From: Oligoflexales bacterium
GTDB taxonomy: Bacteria > Bdellovibrionota_B > Oligoflexia > Oligoflexales > Bog-1112
DNA length: 41,078 nucleotides
Assembly (NCBI GenBank): GCA_045106415.1
Contig: JBGCEP010000079.1
Coordinates: forward strand, 1 to 41,078
Direction: 5' to 3'
Translations under genes and position numbers: made by a program
Shown: one piece after another, positions 17,780 to 27,508 of the stretch
Layout: every line of letters starts with the position of its first letter
Numbering within the stretch: the first letter of the stretch is position 1
The notes under the pieces: model-generated
What the model was told of the DNA's origin: nothing
What the model saw: the letters and a program-made list of their open reading frames with translations, nothing else
Databases searched by the model: none

Positions 17780-18916
17780 ATGAAGATTTATACTTTTGTA
17801 AATATTCTTATATGGATTCAATTTACACCTTCTTGCAACACTCCATCCTCGCCTCAATATTTTGCACAAGGAAACATTGCACATGAAATGATCTCATCCC
17901 AAGTCGATTCTCCTCTTGCGAGTTATTTCATTGAAAAATACTTAAAAAACGATCATTCCAATAAAGAATTTGATGAAAAAATTTCTTCTTTTATAAGGTA
18001 TGCTCAAAATGGGGACCTTACAAATCAGAAATTGAAAAGAATATCTGAACAAGGCTCTCTTGACTTAAGCGCCATGATTTTCGCTCATATCCACACTCAA
18101 AAAAACCCTAAAATCAAACAGTCTCTACTTCAAAATTATCAAGCAGTAAAAGAAAATAAAATCCATCTACATCTTACATCAAAAAACTATAAAGTCATCC
18201 TTATACCGGGGCTTTTCTATCAATCAAAACCTCAAGCTAAAGGTGATCTTCGAGACGTAAAATCTATTCTTGAAAAATCTGGATTTGAGGTCAAGAGAGC
18301 CCCTATTTTAGACACAGGAACTGTTGAAGAAAACTCAAAAATTGTCGCAGAATTCATACAAAAAGAATCTTACCATCACAAAAAGATTATTCTAATCAGT
18401 GCGAGTAAAGGCGGACCGGAAACAGCATACGCACTTGGATCTTTAATGCCCATAGAAGCAACCAAAAAAGTTGCCATATGGCTCAGCATTGGAGGAGCTC
18501 TAAGAGGATCTCCTCTTGCAAATCAATGGCTGTCTTGGCCTCATAGATGGCTTGCTTCTACGATTGGTTATTTCTCAGGATTTTCTTTACAAATGTTGGA
18601 AAGTTTAAGCATAGAGCAAAGCACCATGCGTATGAACCAAATCAGCATTCCGTCTCATATTCGAACATTTCAGCTTGTTGGAGTGCCTCTATCTGGGACA
18701 GTCATCAAAGAAGTTCAATCAGGATATAAAAAATTAAAAAAATATGGTCCAAATGACGGCATCGTCTTACTACAAGATCAAATCATACCTGGTTCTTCTG
18801 TCATTATTGCAATGGGCCTTGATCATTGGTATCGCGACCCTGATTTAAAAAGAAAAGTGATAGCATTCATTGCTACAGTAACAAGAAACAGTGATAAATA
18901 TTACAAAGAGATTTGA
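17780..18916 (+). CDS. Exported alpha/beta hydrolase (lipase/esterase-like), possible lipoprotein
   Basis: ILIPGL, nucleophile elbow variant SASKGG, GSPLA, NDGIV, LDH. Hydrophobic N-terminus followed by Cys. Longest ORF starts at TTG 17768. Confidence 0.75.
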   Translation: MKIYTFVNILIWIQFTPSCNTPSSPQYFAQGNIAHEMISSQVDSPLASYFIEKYLKNDHSNKEFDEKISSFIRYAQNGDLTNQKLKRISEQGSLDLSAMIFAHIHTQKNPKIKQSLLQNYQAVKENKIHLHLTSKNYKVILIPGLFYQSKPQAKGDLRDVKSILEKSGFEVKRAPILDTGTVEENSKIVAEFIQKESYHHKKIILISASKGGPETAYALGSLMPIEATKKVAIWLSIGGALRGSPLANQWLSWPHRWLASTIGYFSGFSLQMLESLSIEQSTMRMNQISIPSHIRTFQLVGVPLSGTVIKEVQSGYKKLKKYGPNDGIVLLQDQIIPGSSVIIAMGLDHWYRDPDLKRKVIAFIATVTRNSDKYYKEI

Positions 18917-18923
18917 TATGTAG

Positions 18924-18955
18924 CAAAAAATTTCTATGCGTTACAAAATTTTTTG
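18924..18955. terminator. Inverted repeat between convergent genes
   Basis: CAAAAAATTT-N12-AAATTTTTTG; A/T-rich and weak. Confidence 0.3.
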
Positions 18956-18976
18956 TAGCCTCTACTCTCTCATAGA

Positions 18977-20992
18977 TTATTTGTTTTTCAACAAATCATA
19001 CCTCAATTGGGCATTTTTAGGCCCTCGAAGCTGAATTGATTTACGATAAGATTCTAAGGCTTCAGGTATTCTTTCAAGTTGCTCCAGTGTCAGCCCTAGA
19101 TTAAAGTAAGCTTCTCCATACGATGGGTTATAAAGGACCGCTTTCTCAAAATGAGAGACTGCTTTTTCTCTGTCATATAAACTTGCATAAACCACAGCAA
19201 TATTATTATGCGTGATAGATGAATATGGATTTATCTCTAATGATTTTTGAAAAAAATCGAGTGCGCGCTGAAAATTTTTTCTTCTACGAAACCACTCCCC
19301 TTTATGATTCAACGAATCTTCATGATAGGGGTTCAAAGTCAAAGCGGCTTCAAGGTGTTTTCGTGCTTTTTGATCATGATTTAAACTAGTGTAGATCAAA
19401 TAAGCAGTACTATGTGTTTTTTCATTCATTTCATGGAAGTTCGAATTCTCTATTTTCAATGAAGCTTTTTTATTCTCTCCAATCTTTCTATAATTCCAAA
19501 TTAAATTATGTAGAGAATCCTGGTGATTTGAAGAAATATCAAGTGATTTTTCGTACGACCATATTGCTTGATGAGGTTCATTTTTTTTATCAGCATTAGT
19601 ACCAAGACAGTAGTACATTTCAGACAGATAAGATATTTTTTCCTCACAAAATTGTGGGTATATAATTTGCGTTGTAAAAAATAATAGTGGATTAAGCAAT
19701 CCACACATCATATGTTTCTTATCAAAAGATCGAAAACTATTAATAAAAAAACTGAATCCATAAATAGAAAACATCAAAAACAAAGGCATAACAGGAAGCC
19801 TGTAGCGTGTGGCAACAAAAATCATCAACAAACTTGAAACGTACAGAACACTAAAAACATAGAAAGAAAAAGGAGTTTTTTTTCTTAGTAACCAAATACC
19901 ATAAAAACAGAAACTAAAAATAAAACCTGTCACAATCCCCAGAGGCCCTACTTTTACAAGACCTGTATAAGCAAGCCATGAGCTTTGCCTGTAATTATAA
20001 ATATCAATATTTCTCGGTAATTCTCTCGAAGAAAAAAAACGGATAAATTTTTCAAAAACATTAGAAACAACAACCGAGGGATTTTCTTTCCAATCTTGAA
20101 AAGTTTTTTGAATAAAGTAATTATTTCGAGACTGATGATTTAATCTCTCTCTTTCTGCCTCTGCTTGGATTTTTTCCCATTGGTAACCTGGCCTGATATT
20201 GATGGTTTCGCACATGTTTTTACTATTACCTAGGTAAAAATTGAGACCTCCCGACTTAGGTAAAAAAGAAAAACTACCTATCGCTAAATAACTCAAAAAA
20301 CATAAAGCCAAGATAGGAAAGACAGTGCTCAAAACATAAGAAATGTACCCTACTCGATGTTTTCTCATTAGAAAAAAAGATTGCACAATGATAATCGGTA
20401 AAAATACTGGTCTGACTAAAATCGACAATCCATTTACAAAACCCACCAGTGATAAAAAATATTTCTTAGGTTTTTCTTCTAACAAGAAAATTTTTGTATT
20501 TAAAAATAGACATAAAAGAAAAAAGAATATTGCCTGCCCTGCCCCTAAAATTTCAACTTCATAAATCACAGCAGGCATATAAAAACACCAGAACAAAGCT
20601 GTGATAAAACTTTGGTTCTTCGATAATAAAAAAGAACTTATTTTATAAACCAAAAAACAAGACAGGCCTCCTAAAAATGCCTGCGCTATTTTAGCTCCTA
20701 ATAAATGAACACCAAAAATGAGATAAAAAACACTTAATGTAAAAGGATAAAAAAACGGCTGCCAAAAAAAAGACGGAGTCCAAACAAAATTTTGCGCAAG
20801 CGTCATAGCAGCATGATGATATGTTCGTGCATCAATAATTGGATCATAAAAAGTGGGATGATCTATCGTTTCCCAAAGAAAGATTATGCGTACAAAAAAA
20901 CCTAAAACAAACAATATACAGAAAGATTTTTTATCACTCATCTGTTCTGAAGGCACAGAATCCATTTTGATCTTGTTTTTTTTACTTTTCAA
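18977..20992 (-). CDS. GT-C (PMT/GT39-ArnT-like) multi-TM glycosyltransferase fused to C-terminal TPR repeats
   Basis: PIIDARTYH loop after TM1, QPFFYP, LVRP, GGLNFYLGN, RYRLP, many TM helices, then TPRs (ALDFFQKSLEINP, AYFNLGLTLE). Start may be ATG 20965. Confidence 0.85.
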   Translation of the reverse strand: MKSKKNKIKMDSVPSEQMSDKKSFCILFVLGFFVRIIFLWETIDHPTFYDPIIDARTYHHAAMTLAQNFVWTPSFFWQPFFYPFTLSVFYLIFGVHLLGAKIAQAFLGGLSCFLVYKISSFLLSKNQSFITALFWCFYMPAVIYEVEILGAGQAIFFFLLCLFLNTKIFLLEEKPKKYFLSLVGFVNGLSILVRPVFLPIIIVQSFFLMRKHRVGYISYVLSTVFPILALCFLSYLAIGSFSFLPKSGGLNFYLGNSKNMCETINIRPGYQWEKIQAEAERERLNHQSRNNYFIQKTFQDWKENPSVVVSNVFEKFIRFFSSRELPRNIDIYNYRQSSWLAYTGLVKVGPLGIVTGFIFSFCFYGIWLLRKKTPFSFYVFSVLYVSSLLMIFVATRYRLPVMPLFLMFSIYGFSFFINSFRSFDKKHMMCGLLNPLLFFTTQIIYPQFCEEKISYLSEMYYCLGTNADKKNEPHQAIWSYEKSLDISSNHQDSLHNLIWNYRKIGENKKASLKIENSNFHEMNEKTHSTAYLIYTSLNHDQKARKHLEAALTLNPYHEDSLNHKGEWFRRRKNFQRALDFFQKSLEINPYSSITHNNIAVVYASLYDREKAVSHFEKAVLYNPSYGEAYFNLGLTLEQLERIPEALESYRKSIQLRGPKNAQLRYDLLKNK

Positions 20993-21031
20993 CGCAGAGC
21001 CTCTTTATCATAAAAGATAGCTCTATTATAC

Positions 21032-21082
21032 AAGCCTCTTATTGAAAACAAGTCAATCTCACTTCAACTCAATAAGAGGCTT
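21032..21082 (-). terminator. Perfect 14-bp inverted repeat downstream of the agmatinase gene
   Basis: AAGCCTCTTATTGA-N23-TCAATAAGAGGCTT, 10 bp from the stop codon. Confidence 0.5.
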
Positions 21083-21092
21083 AAAATACAAA

Positions 21093-22058
21093 TTATTTTT
21101 GCGTTTTTACAGACAAACCACACATTTTATAAAGAAGCCTGGCTCCCACATTCAAGTCATAGTCTTCCGCGGCACACTCAACAAGATCAAAACCCACAAC
21201 TTTATGCTTGTGCCTCAAGGCTTCCATCAAATAAACAGCTTCATGATAATGGAGCCCACCAGGCACTGGTGTTCCTGTCCCAGGGCAGTAGCTAGGATCT
21301 AAGCCATCAATATCAAAAGAGATATAAACATTTTCACTCAGTGTTGCTAAAATTTCTTGTGTAATTTGTTCAAAATTTTTGCCATGAGCTTTTCGAGAAA
21401 AAATCTCTGTATCTAAAAATGCATGACTCCTAGGATGGTTACGACTCATCTCTAATTCAGGAGCGCAAAAATCTCGGATCCCGACATGCGTGACTTGCAC
21501 ACCTGGGAGAGTCTCCAAGACGTTATAAAATATTGATGCATGAGAACGTTCATAACCTTCATAGGCTTTTCTCAAGTCAAAATGCGCATCAATATGCAAA
21601 ATGCTTAAAGACTCATACTTTTCAGAAAGAGCTTGAATCAAACCAAACGGACAAGAGTGATCTCCACCGAAGAGCCCTACAACACGATCTCTATCAAGCT
21701 CTTTTTTCGCCATCAGATAAACAGCTTGATCCACTTTACGACTATAATCATTTACCACTGTGACATCGTAGTTTTCTTTTTCACACGCCGCTTGCCATTC
21801 TTCAATACAAGGATCTACAGGAAGGTAGCGGATTCCTTTCTCATAGGGTCTACCCAAAATAGGGTCTTCTAGATCCAGCTCATGACTCGCACTCACAAGT
21901 TTTTCAGGCGCTAAACTTGTCCCTTTTCCACCTGAGGCCGTAACATCCCAAGGCACTGATAATATTGAGATAAAAGCAGTGTCATCGCTATTTAAGCCAA
22001 AGATACCTGCGTCAGGCGCTGGTGGCTCACCAAGTTTTATCTGTTCTAAATCTTGCAT
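21093..22058 (-). CDS. speB: Agmatinase / ureohydrolase family protein
   Basis: GGDHS, HIDAHFD, SFDIDGLDP and PGTGTPVPGG Mn-binding motifs. Confidence 0.88.
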   Translation of the reverse strand: MQDLEQIKLGEPPAPDAGIFGLNSDDTAFISILSVPWDVTASGGKGTSLAPEKLVSASHELDLEDPILGRPYEKGIRYLPVDPCIEEWQAACEKENYDVTVVNDYSRKVDQAVYLMAKKELDRDRVVGLFGGDHSCPFGLIQALSEKYESLSILHIDAHFDLRKAYEGYERSHASIFYNVLETLPGVQVTHVGIRDFCAPELEMSRNHPRSHAFLDTEIFSRKAHGKNFEQITQEILATLSENVYISFDIDGLDPSYCPGTGTPVPGGLHYHEAVYLMEALRHKHKVVGFDLVECAAEDYDLNVGARLLYKMCGLSVKTQK

Positions 22059-22285
22059 ACTTCTTCCTTATGGCAACAGCTCGTTCCAATATCACAGAAC
22101 ACAATGAAAAGAAATATTTTTAAACATTCACATAAATGACAAAAAAACAGTTGTTTACATAAAAAAACAGCATTAAAACAGCATCCAACTGCATAACCAG
22201 CATCCTCTATTGACAGAACAGGTAGATTTGGATAGTTCATCGAGCTCTGTGTCATGCAGAACTCAACACTGATAAGGACAAAAAC

Positions 22286-23068
22286 ATGTCAAATGCTCGC
22301 GCCCGCCTCAAGGCTCAAAAAATCGAACTCCTCGAAGAACTCAAAAAACATGGGAAATCTGAGATTTTTGAGTCTTTACTGACTGAGTATAGTCCTTCAC
22401 AAAGCCCTGAATGGTTGGAAATCGCAGCTGTATCCAAAGCCCTAGATATCGACGTTAGTGATTTTACTCCAAAAGATTTTGAGCCTGAAGCTTACTACAT
22501 TGAAAATGTCTTACCATTCTTAAATAGTGAAGAGTTACGGGATTTAATTACAGCCTATCAAGACCCAAACGTACAAGAGTTTCACAAAGTGATGATTGCA
22601 GCTAAAAATCTAGCTCATAGCGCTGTAGACGAGTCTGACACCATCGAGGTCGATCAGGTGACTGAAAAACTCGAACAAATCAATGTTTATGTCAGCCGCC
22701 TACAACTTGGATCTATCTTCGCAAAACTTGAGATCCTCTCCAACCCTGACACCTTCCAAAAATCCGAAGAATCCGACTTTAATATTATTCAAGATCTAGA
22801 GGTCTCTCAAGACAACCTCAAAAAACATCACATTGCTAAAGTGCGAGCTTATATGGCTATGACTGAAACTATGCCTGAATCCACTCTTCTCTGTGCTCTT
22901 AAGGTCATGAATGACTCTTATGCCTATCAAAAAGAGGCAATTTATCACCGAGGAGCAGAACTCCTTATGGCTGCAAAAAACACTAGAGCATTCCTAGCCA
23001 CTGCAAATCGTTTTAAAGAAATTGCCGACGAAAGAGCAGAGACCGGAGACAGTGAGACTGAACACTAG
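22286..23068 (+). CDS. Hypothetical acidic alpha-helical protein
   Basis: 260-aa ORF with AAGGA RBS; no recognised motif. Confidence 0.75.
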   Translation: MSNARARLKAQKIELLEELKKHGKSEIFESLLTEYSPSQSPEWLEIAAVSKALDIDVSDFTPKDFEPEAYYIENVLPFLNSEELRDLITAYQDPNVQEFHKVMIAAKNLAHSAVDESDTIEVDQVTEKLEQINVYVSRLQLGSIFAKLEILSNPDTFQKSEESDFNIIQDLEVSQDNLKKHHIAKVRAYMAMTETMPESTLLCALKVMNDSYAYQKEAIYHRGAELLMAAKNTRAFLATANRFKEIADERAETGDSETEH

Positions 23069-23699
23069 CTCCAGCTCTAAAGCTACCGTCTTTACCGTAG
23101 AATTTTTCATTTCGGTCAACAGCGCTCCATGAGCGCTCAGTTCCATAAATTCACAACTGCGGTCTCTTTGAAGAGAAAAAAACATGACCTCACTCGGCCA
23201 GCGACCTCATGCTTTCTTCGCATAAAGTGCCGTAAAAAACTGTTTGATTATCAGCAGGAGATATTTCTAACTTCAAACCTATCAATTTTTTAACACTTTA
23301 ATTTGAGGTTCTATACCCACAATCACTTCCTTATGAGAGCACACCTAGTTTTGTAAACAAGACACCAAGACACCTTATTACGCATAAGATATACTGATCT
23401 TTTAATCATCTTCTCAGATAGATTCTATACATTCATAAAAAGACGACAACATATCTATTTCATCGTCACCTATAGATATCACCGCTATTTATTTGCTCTC
23501 ATCTTGGATTTGAAGCAAATGGATCCGCTATCTCAAAATTCCCAGACAAACCTCTAAATCATGCCTCACACACTCAACCTCACACCTAAAGAACAAAAAA
23601 TGAAATTACAACCACCTAAAATAAAAAGGATTTTAAAAAAAACTTTCCTTTTTATTTTTTATGTCGATAGGCCCTATTGTAGCTTTAAAGAGGGTCCTT

Positions 23700-25289
23700 A
23701 TGAACCAACTCGCCATTTCTATACTTAAATCTGTTGTTATGATTTTGCTATTCGCATCCTGTGGGGCTCAAACAGAAGAAAGAGACGCTGTTAAGAAGGT
23801 GGTTAAAGACACAGAAACTGTTTCTGCCGCTAGTGCCACCACCCTTGCTATCTCCGCAGGCTCTCTTGAAGGAACAGAGGTCAATATTCCCCTTGGAGCA
23901 CTTCCAGAGAATGCAAGCGTGTCTGCTGATCTTACGGACACACCTTCTGACTTTGTTAAAACAGCTGCTGATGGGAGTACAATTTCTTCAGCTTCGTCAT
24001 CTTTAAATGTTGCAGCAACAAATGATAGTGGTGAAAACATTAGTACTCTCACCTCTCCTATGACAATAGCTATCTCTTATGCTTCGCCTGCAGCAAGTTT
24101 AAACTTAGTAGATGCAAACGACGATAATTTATGCGCATTTTTAAAGTCTGAGGCAGGTTTATTTGTATGGAGAAAATCACATATCACAATCTCAAATGGA
24201 AAAGCAGAGTTTGCAACTCGCTATCTAGGGACATTTCAACTTACTTTCTGCGGTCAAGAAAAAATTGAAGGATTTTCTGAGATAGCTGATAATCCAGAGG
24301 TTGCTGGTAGCAGCTTAAAACTCACAATTGACAGCAGTATTATGGCTTATGGCGCAACTCAACATTGTCTTGTCCTTATTGACGGTGGATCAGAAGGCAC
24401 AGGAGAAGACCACCATACTATTCATGGAACTGCCGTTGCTGCTGCTGACGGGACAAAAAACACTTTAGAACTGTCCTATCTTGCGAATAATTTATCACCC
24501 GGGACCGTACCGTTTATTGTCATTTTATTTCAAAACTCAGGTGATACATGTATTACTGAACAAAAAACCACTGAAAACTTTCAACCTACGTACTCTCGAA
24601 TAGTAGCTTTCCCGACAACAACAGAAAAGTTGACAGCCGGAATAGACGGGACTCTTGGCTCTGACGATTTTGCTCTTACGACCTACAAAATAGATACAGG
24701 AACCCCCGAGGGAAATACCGAACAATACTCTACAACTCCTGCTGAAAAGATGTGCTCTGCGTTCGACGCAGGTGATAATGGGTTTGCTGAGTTAAATCTT
24801 ACATCAACATCTGATGGATTATTAAATGCTGCAAAAACTGTAGATATGATTATTCCAACATCTGCAAAAGAAACCTATAGCGCATCTATTGAAGTTGGCC
24901 ATTATTGTGACGGAGAACATTCAAACACCACTGCGACAACTGATTACAAACTCTCCTTAAAAACACCAAAAGATGATAAATACTCACTTATCGCTATTAA
25001 AATCACTACTGGTACAGACTCTTGTATACAACTCTATCAAGGAAACGCTTACGACAAAAAAGAAAGCCCGTTGACTTCGATTAATATTCCCACTTCTGGG
25101 TCGCGAGTCGCCTTTATTCCTTGGGATAATAAAGAACGAAACACGACATCACTCAATCCTATCTATGATATTGTGGGTTTTCCTAAATCTCTTTGCTCTG
25201 CAGCCTCTGGAACACCAACCGCGATTGAGCGCTACAAAGAAATGACAACTGAAATCAATGTCCAGCCACCAGCCATTCCCGGGCTATAA
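23700..25289 (+). CDS. Ser/Thr-rich lipoprotein with N-terminal ZU5-like beta domain
   Basis: LLFASC lipobox. GTEVNIPLGAL...LTSPMTIAISY resembles ZU5-type domains. Several Cys. Confidence 0.75.
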   Translation: MNQLAISILKSVVMILLFASCGAQTEERDAVKKVVKDTETVSAASATTLAISAGSLEGTEVNIPLGALPENASVSADLTDTPSDFVKTAADGSTISSASSSLNVAATNDSGENISTLTSPMTIAISYASPAASLNLVDANDDNLCAFLKSEAGLFVWRKSHITISNGKAEFATRYLGTFQLTFCGQEKIEGFSEIADNPEVAGSSLKLTIDSSIMAYGATQHCLVLIDGGSEGTGEDHHTIHGTAVAAADGTKNTLELSYLANNLSPGTVPFIVILFQNSGDTCITEQKTTENFQPTYSRIVAFPTTTEKLTAGIDGTLGSDDFALTTYKIDTGTPEGNTEQYSTTPAEKMCSAFDAGDNGFAELNLTSTSDGLLNAAKTVDMIIPTSAKETYSASIEVGHYCDGEHSNTTATTDYKLSLKTPKDDKYSLIAIKITTGTDSCIQLYQGNAYDKKESPLTSINIPTSGSRVAFIPWDNKERNTTSLNPIYDIVGFPKSLCSAASGTPTAIERYKEMTTEINVQPPAIPGL

Positions 25290-25311
25290 CAACCTGTGTT
25301 AACATCCGTTT

Positions 25312-25758
25312 ATGCTGACACAAATATCCACAATTCAAAAAAAACCGACACGACGATGCCAAGGTCACTGTTGCCGGCTTTTTCAAATCGTAGATTATTC
25401 AAGCCATGACAAATTATGGCAAGCCTATCTTAAGTGGAAACAAACATCACAAAAAGACACTGAAGGTATTCACATTCTTGCTCCAATGCTTATTCCAAAA
25501 GGCTCAACTTATGATGGCTTCCCTCTTTTTTCCTGCAAGCACCTCTCCAAAGGCAGAGATTGCACAATTTATGATCACAGGCCGCAAATGTGTCGAGACC
25601 TTGGAACGATAAACCAATGCACAAATCAGCAATGCCGCCTCAATCCGAAAAACGACTTTTGGTGGCACCGCTTCAGTATCGCTCTCACAGCAAAAAGAAG
25701 GCCTCTTCATTTACTAAGTTTTTGCAAAAGGTTTTTGCCAAATCTGAAACGTTTCTAA
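25312..25758 (+). CDS. YkgJ-family cysteine-cluster (CxxCxxCC-like) protein
   Basis: CQGHCC...CKHL...CTIYDHRPQMCR. Confidence 0.75.
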   Translation: MLTQISTIQKKPTRRCQGHCCRLFQIVDYSSHDKLWQAYLKWKQTSQKDTEGIHILAPMLIPKGSTYDGFPLFSCKHLSKGRDCTIYDHRPQMCRDLGTINQCTNQQCRLNPKNDFWWHRFSIALTAKRRPLHLLSFCKRFLPNLKRF

Positions 25759-26310
25759 TTCAATTTTATCTGAACAAAATTGATCTGAACTTCTAGATTC
25801 AACTAAATTTAAGCGCCCACCCCATAATGTTAAAACCTCATGAATACTAACAGCAAAAGGCGGTCCCTGTTCAACACGAACTTTTTCAAAAGCCACACTC
25901 ACCCACACACCTCCTGGCCTTAACCTTTCAAAACAACAATCAAAATATTGACTCCGCTGTTCCGGTGGGAGAGCGCATAAGAAAGCTCGATCCAAAATTG
26001 TATGATAGACCTCCCTCTCTTCATCACATATTAAAAGCGCATTTTCCTGAGAAAATTCTAAATCTTTGCCAGCATAAAGCTTTATTGCAGAGGCCACCGC
26101 TCCTTGAGCTCCGTCAACGCCTTTTACATCAGCTCCCAAAGAAGCTGCCCAAGCTGCTTCATGACCGTGACCACAGCCCGGAACCCACACTCTATGCGCA
26201 ATATCTGTTTTAGAAGCGACCCAAGGTGCGCTCATTTCAAACAAAGGATGGCACTCACCTCGATCCCAAGGAGTGAGCCCTAAAGACCATCTTTCTTCCC
26301 ATTCTTGCAT
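25714..26310 (-). CDS. Thiopurine/thiol S-methyltransferase (TPMT) family
   Basis: WEERW...TPWD, VWVPGCGHG, DRAFLCALPP, GPPFAV. ATG 26310 follows GGAG. Confidence 0.88.
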   Translation of the reverse strand: MQEWEERWSLGLTPWDRGECHPLFEMSAPWVASKTDIAHRVWVPGCGHGHEAAWAASLGADVKGVDGAQGAVASAIKLYAGKDLEFSQENALLICDEEREVYHTILDRAFLCALPPEQRSQYFDCCFERLRPGGVWVSVAFEKVRVEQGPPFAVSIHEVLTLWGGRLNLVESRSSDQFCSDKIELETFQIWQKPFAKT

Positions 26311-26389
26311 AAAAACTCCACTATGGTTTTTCATACCACTTAACCTCATCATCCGCTATAATACGCCTAGGCGACAACGAGGAGGTTTC

Positions 26390-27508
26390 GTGAAAACTTT
26401 AAAATATATCAGCATACTCTGCTTATCTTGGACAAGTTTATTCGCACAAAGCTATAAAGAAATCGGCACACTCAAAGTGGGGTGCATTTTTCCTTTAAGC
26501 GGTTCTATGGCTCCTTTAGGAAAAGAAGCACAAGCTGCAATCCAGGTCGCACTCGAAGATCTCAAAAGCAATCCCCGCTACCGATCGACCGTTCCTCATA
26601 TTGAAGTTTTATTTGAAGATGACAAGTCCCACCCTCAAGGAGCAAAGGATGCAGCAAACCGCCTTGTGAAACAACATCGAGTTTCTGTCTTATTTGGTTC
26701 CATCGGTGAACTTAATAGCCGCGCCATCGAAAAAGTAGGGGAAGAAGCGAACATCCCTGTTTTTCTACCAACATCTTTTCCTCGAGAAAAAACCGGAAGC
26801 TTTACAGGCCGCCAATCTGAAGCTCAAACTGCGAGAGCGCTCGCTCGCTACCTGCACAATACGTTAAAAATCAAACAAGTCAGCTTTCTCGCTCACTCGA
26901 AAAGTTCCGCCGCATCATCCTCTTTTATGAAGTCGTATAGAATACACGGCGGCAAAGTCATGAAAGACTTTACTCAGTATACTTCTGGAGAACAACTCGA
27001 TAAAAATCGCATTGCTCAGCTAGCAGATTTATTCGCTCAAGAAAACATCACTGCACTTGTCACAGACTCTCCATTAGGGGATTTCAAAGCTGTACTAGAC
27101 GCCTTAGGAAAAAAAGCTCCTATCGTCGTTTCGTTATCTCACCGCGTAATTCCAGCCGACATGGGGGCATACCGCATACTTTCGGCCGAAAGCTTCATGA
27201 ACCATGACCCACATATCAACGAGTTCACAAAGCGCTTTTATGACCTCACGCGTTGGAAGCCACAAAAAGCTAGCGCAATGATTTATGACGGCTTTCTTCT
27301 TATTGGTTCCATTTTCACTCGAGCACAATCCCCTCGACCAGAAGCTCTTTTCCAAGCTCTCTCAAAGCCTCACAGCTACGAAGGCTTACATGGAAGCACT
27401 TTACTCCACAACAAAACAATTCAAAAAACAGCGCTTATTTTAGAGCATTCTCCTGAGGGCAGAAAAATATTACATAGAAGCCAACCACGCCCTCAACATT
27501 CTCTATGA
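26390..27508 (+). CDS. Type I periplasmic binding protein (LivJ/branched-chain amino acid-like)
   Basis: GTG after GGAGG; signal peptide; KVGCIFPLSGSMAPLG, EDD, YDG, YEGLHG. Confidence 0.85.
   Translation: MKTLKYISILCLSWTSLFAQSYKEIGTLKVGCIFPLSGSMAPLGKEAQAAIQVALEDLKSNPRYRSTVPHIEVLFEDDKSHPQGAKDAANRLVKQHRVSVLFGSIGELNSRAIEKVGEEANIPVFLPTSFPREKTGSFTGRQSEAQTARALARYLHNTLKIKQVSFLAHSKSSAASSSFMKSYRIHGGKVMKDFTQYTSGEQLDKNRIAQLADLFAQENITALVTDSPLGDFKAVLDALGKKAPIVVSLSHRVIPADMGAYRILSAESFMNHDPHINEFTKRFYDLTRWKPQKASAMIYDGFLLIGSIFTRAQSPRPEALFQALSKPHSYEGLHGSTLLHNKTIQKTALILEHSPEGRKILHRSQPRPQHSL

Noticed and set aside
22210..22238. TTGACA as a complete sigma70 promoter
   Set aside because: The hexamer at 17-bp spacing (TAGTTC) is a poor -10, so it was not listed as a feature.
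22994..23330. Minus-strand fragments with a PilZ-like CEFMELSAHGALL motif
   Set aside because: No RxxxR motif, broken frames and overlap with the upstream gene's 3' end. Too weak to call without a search.
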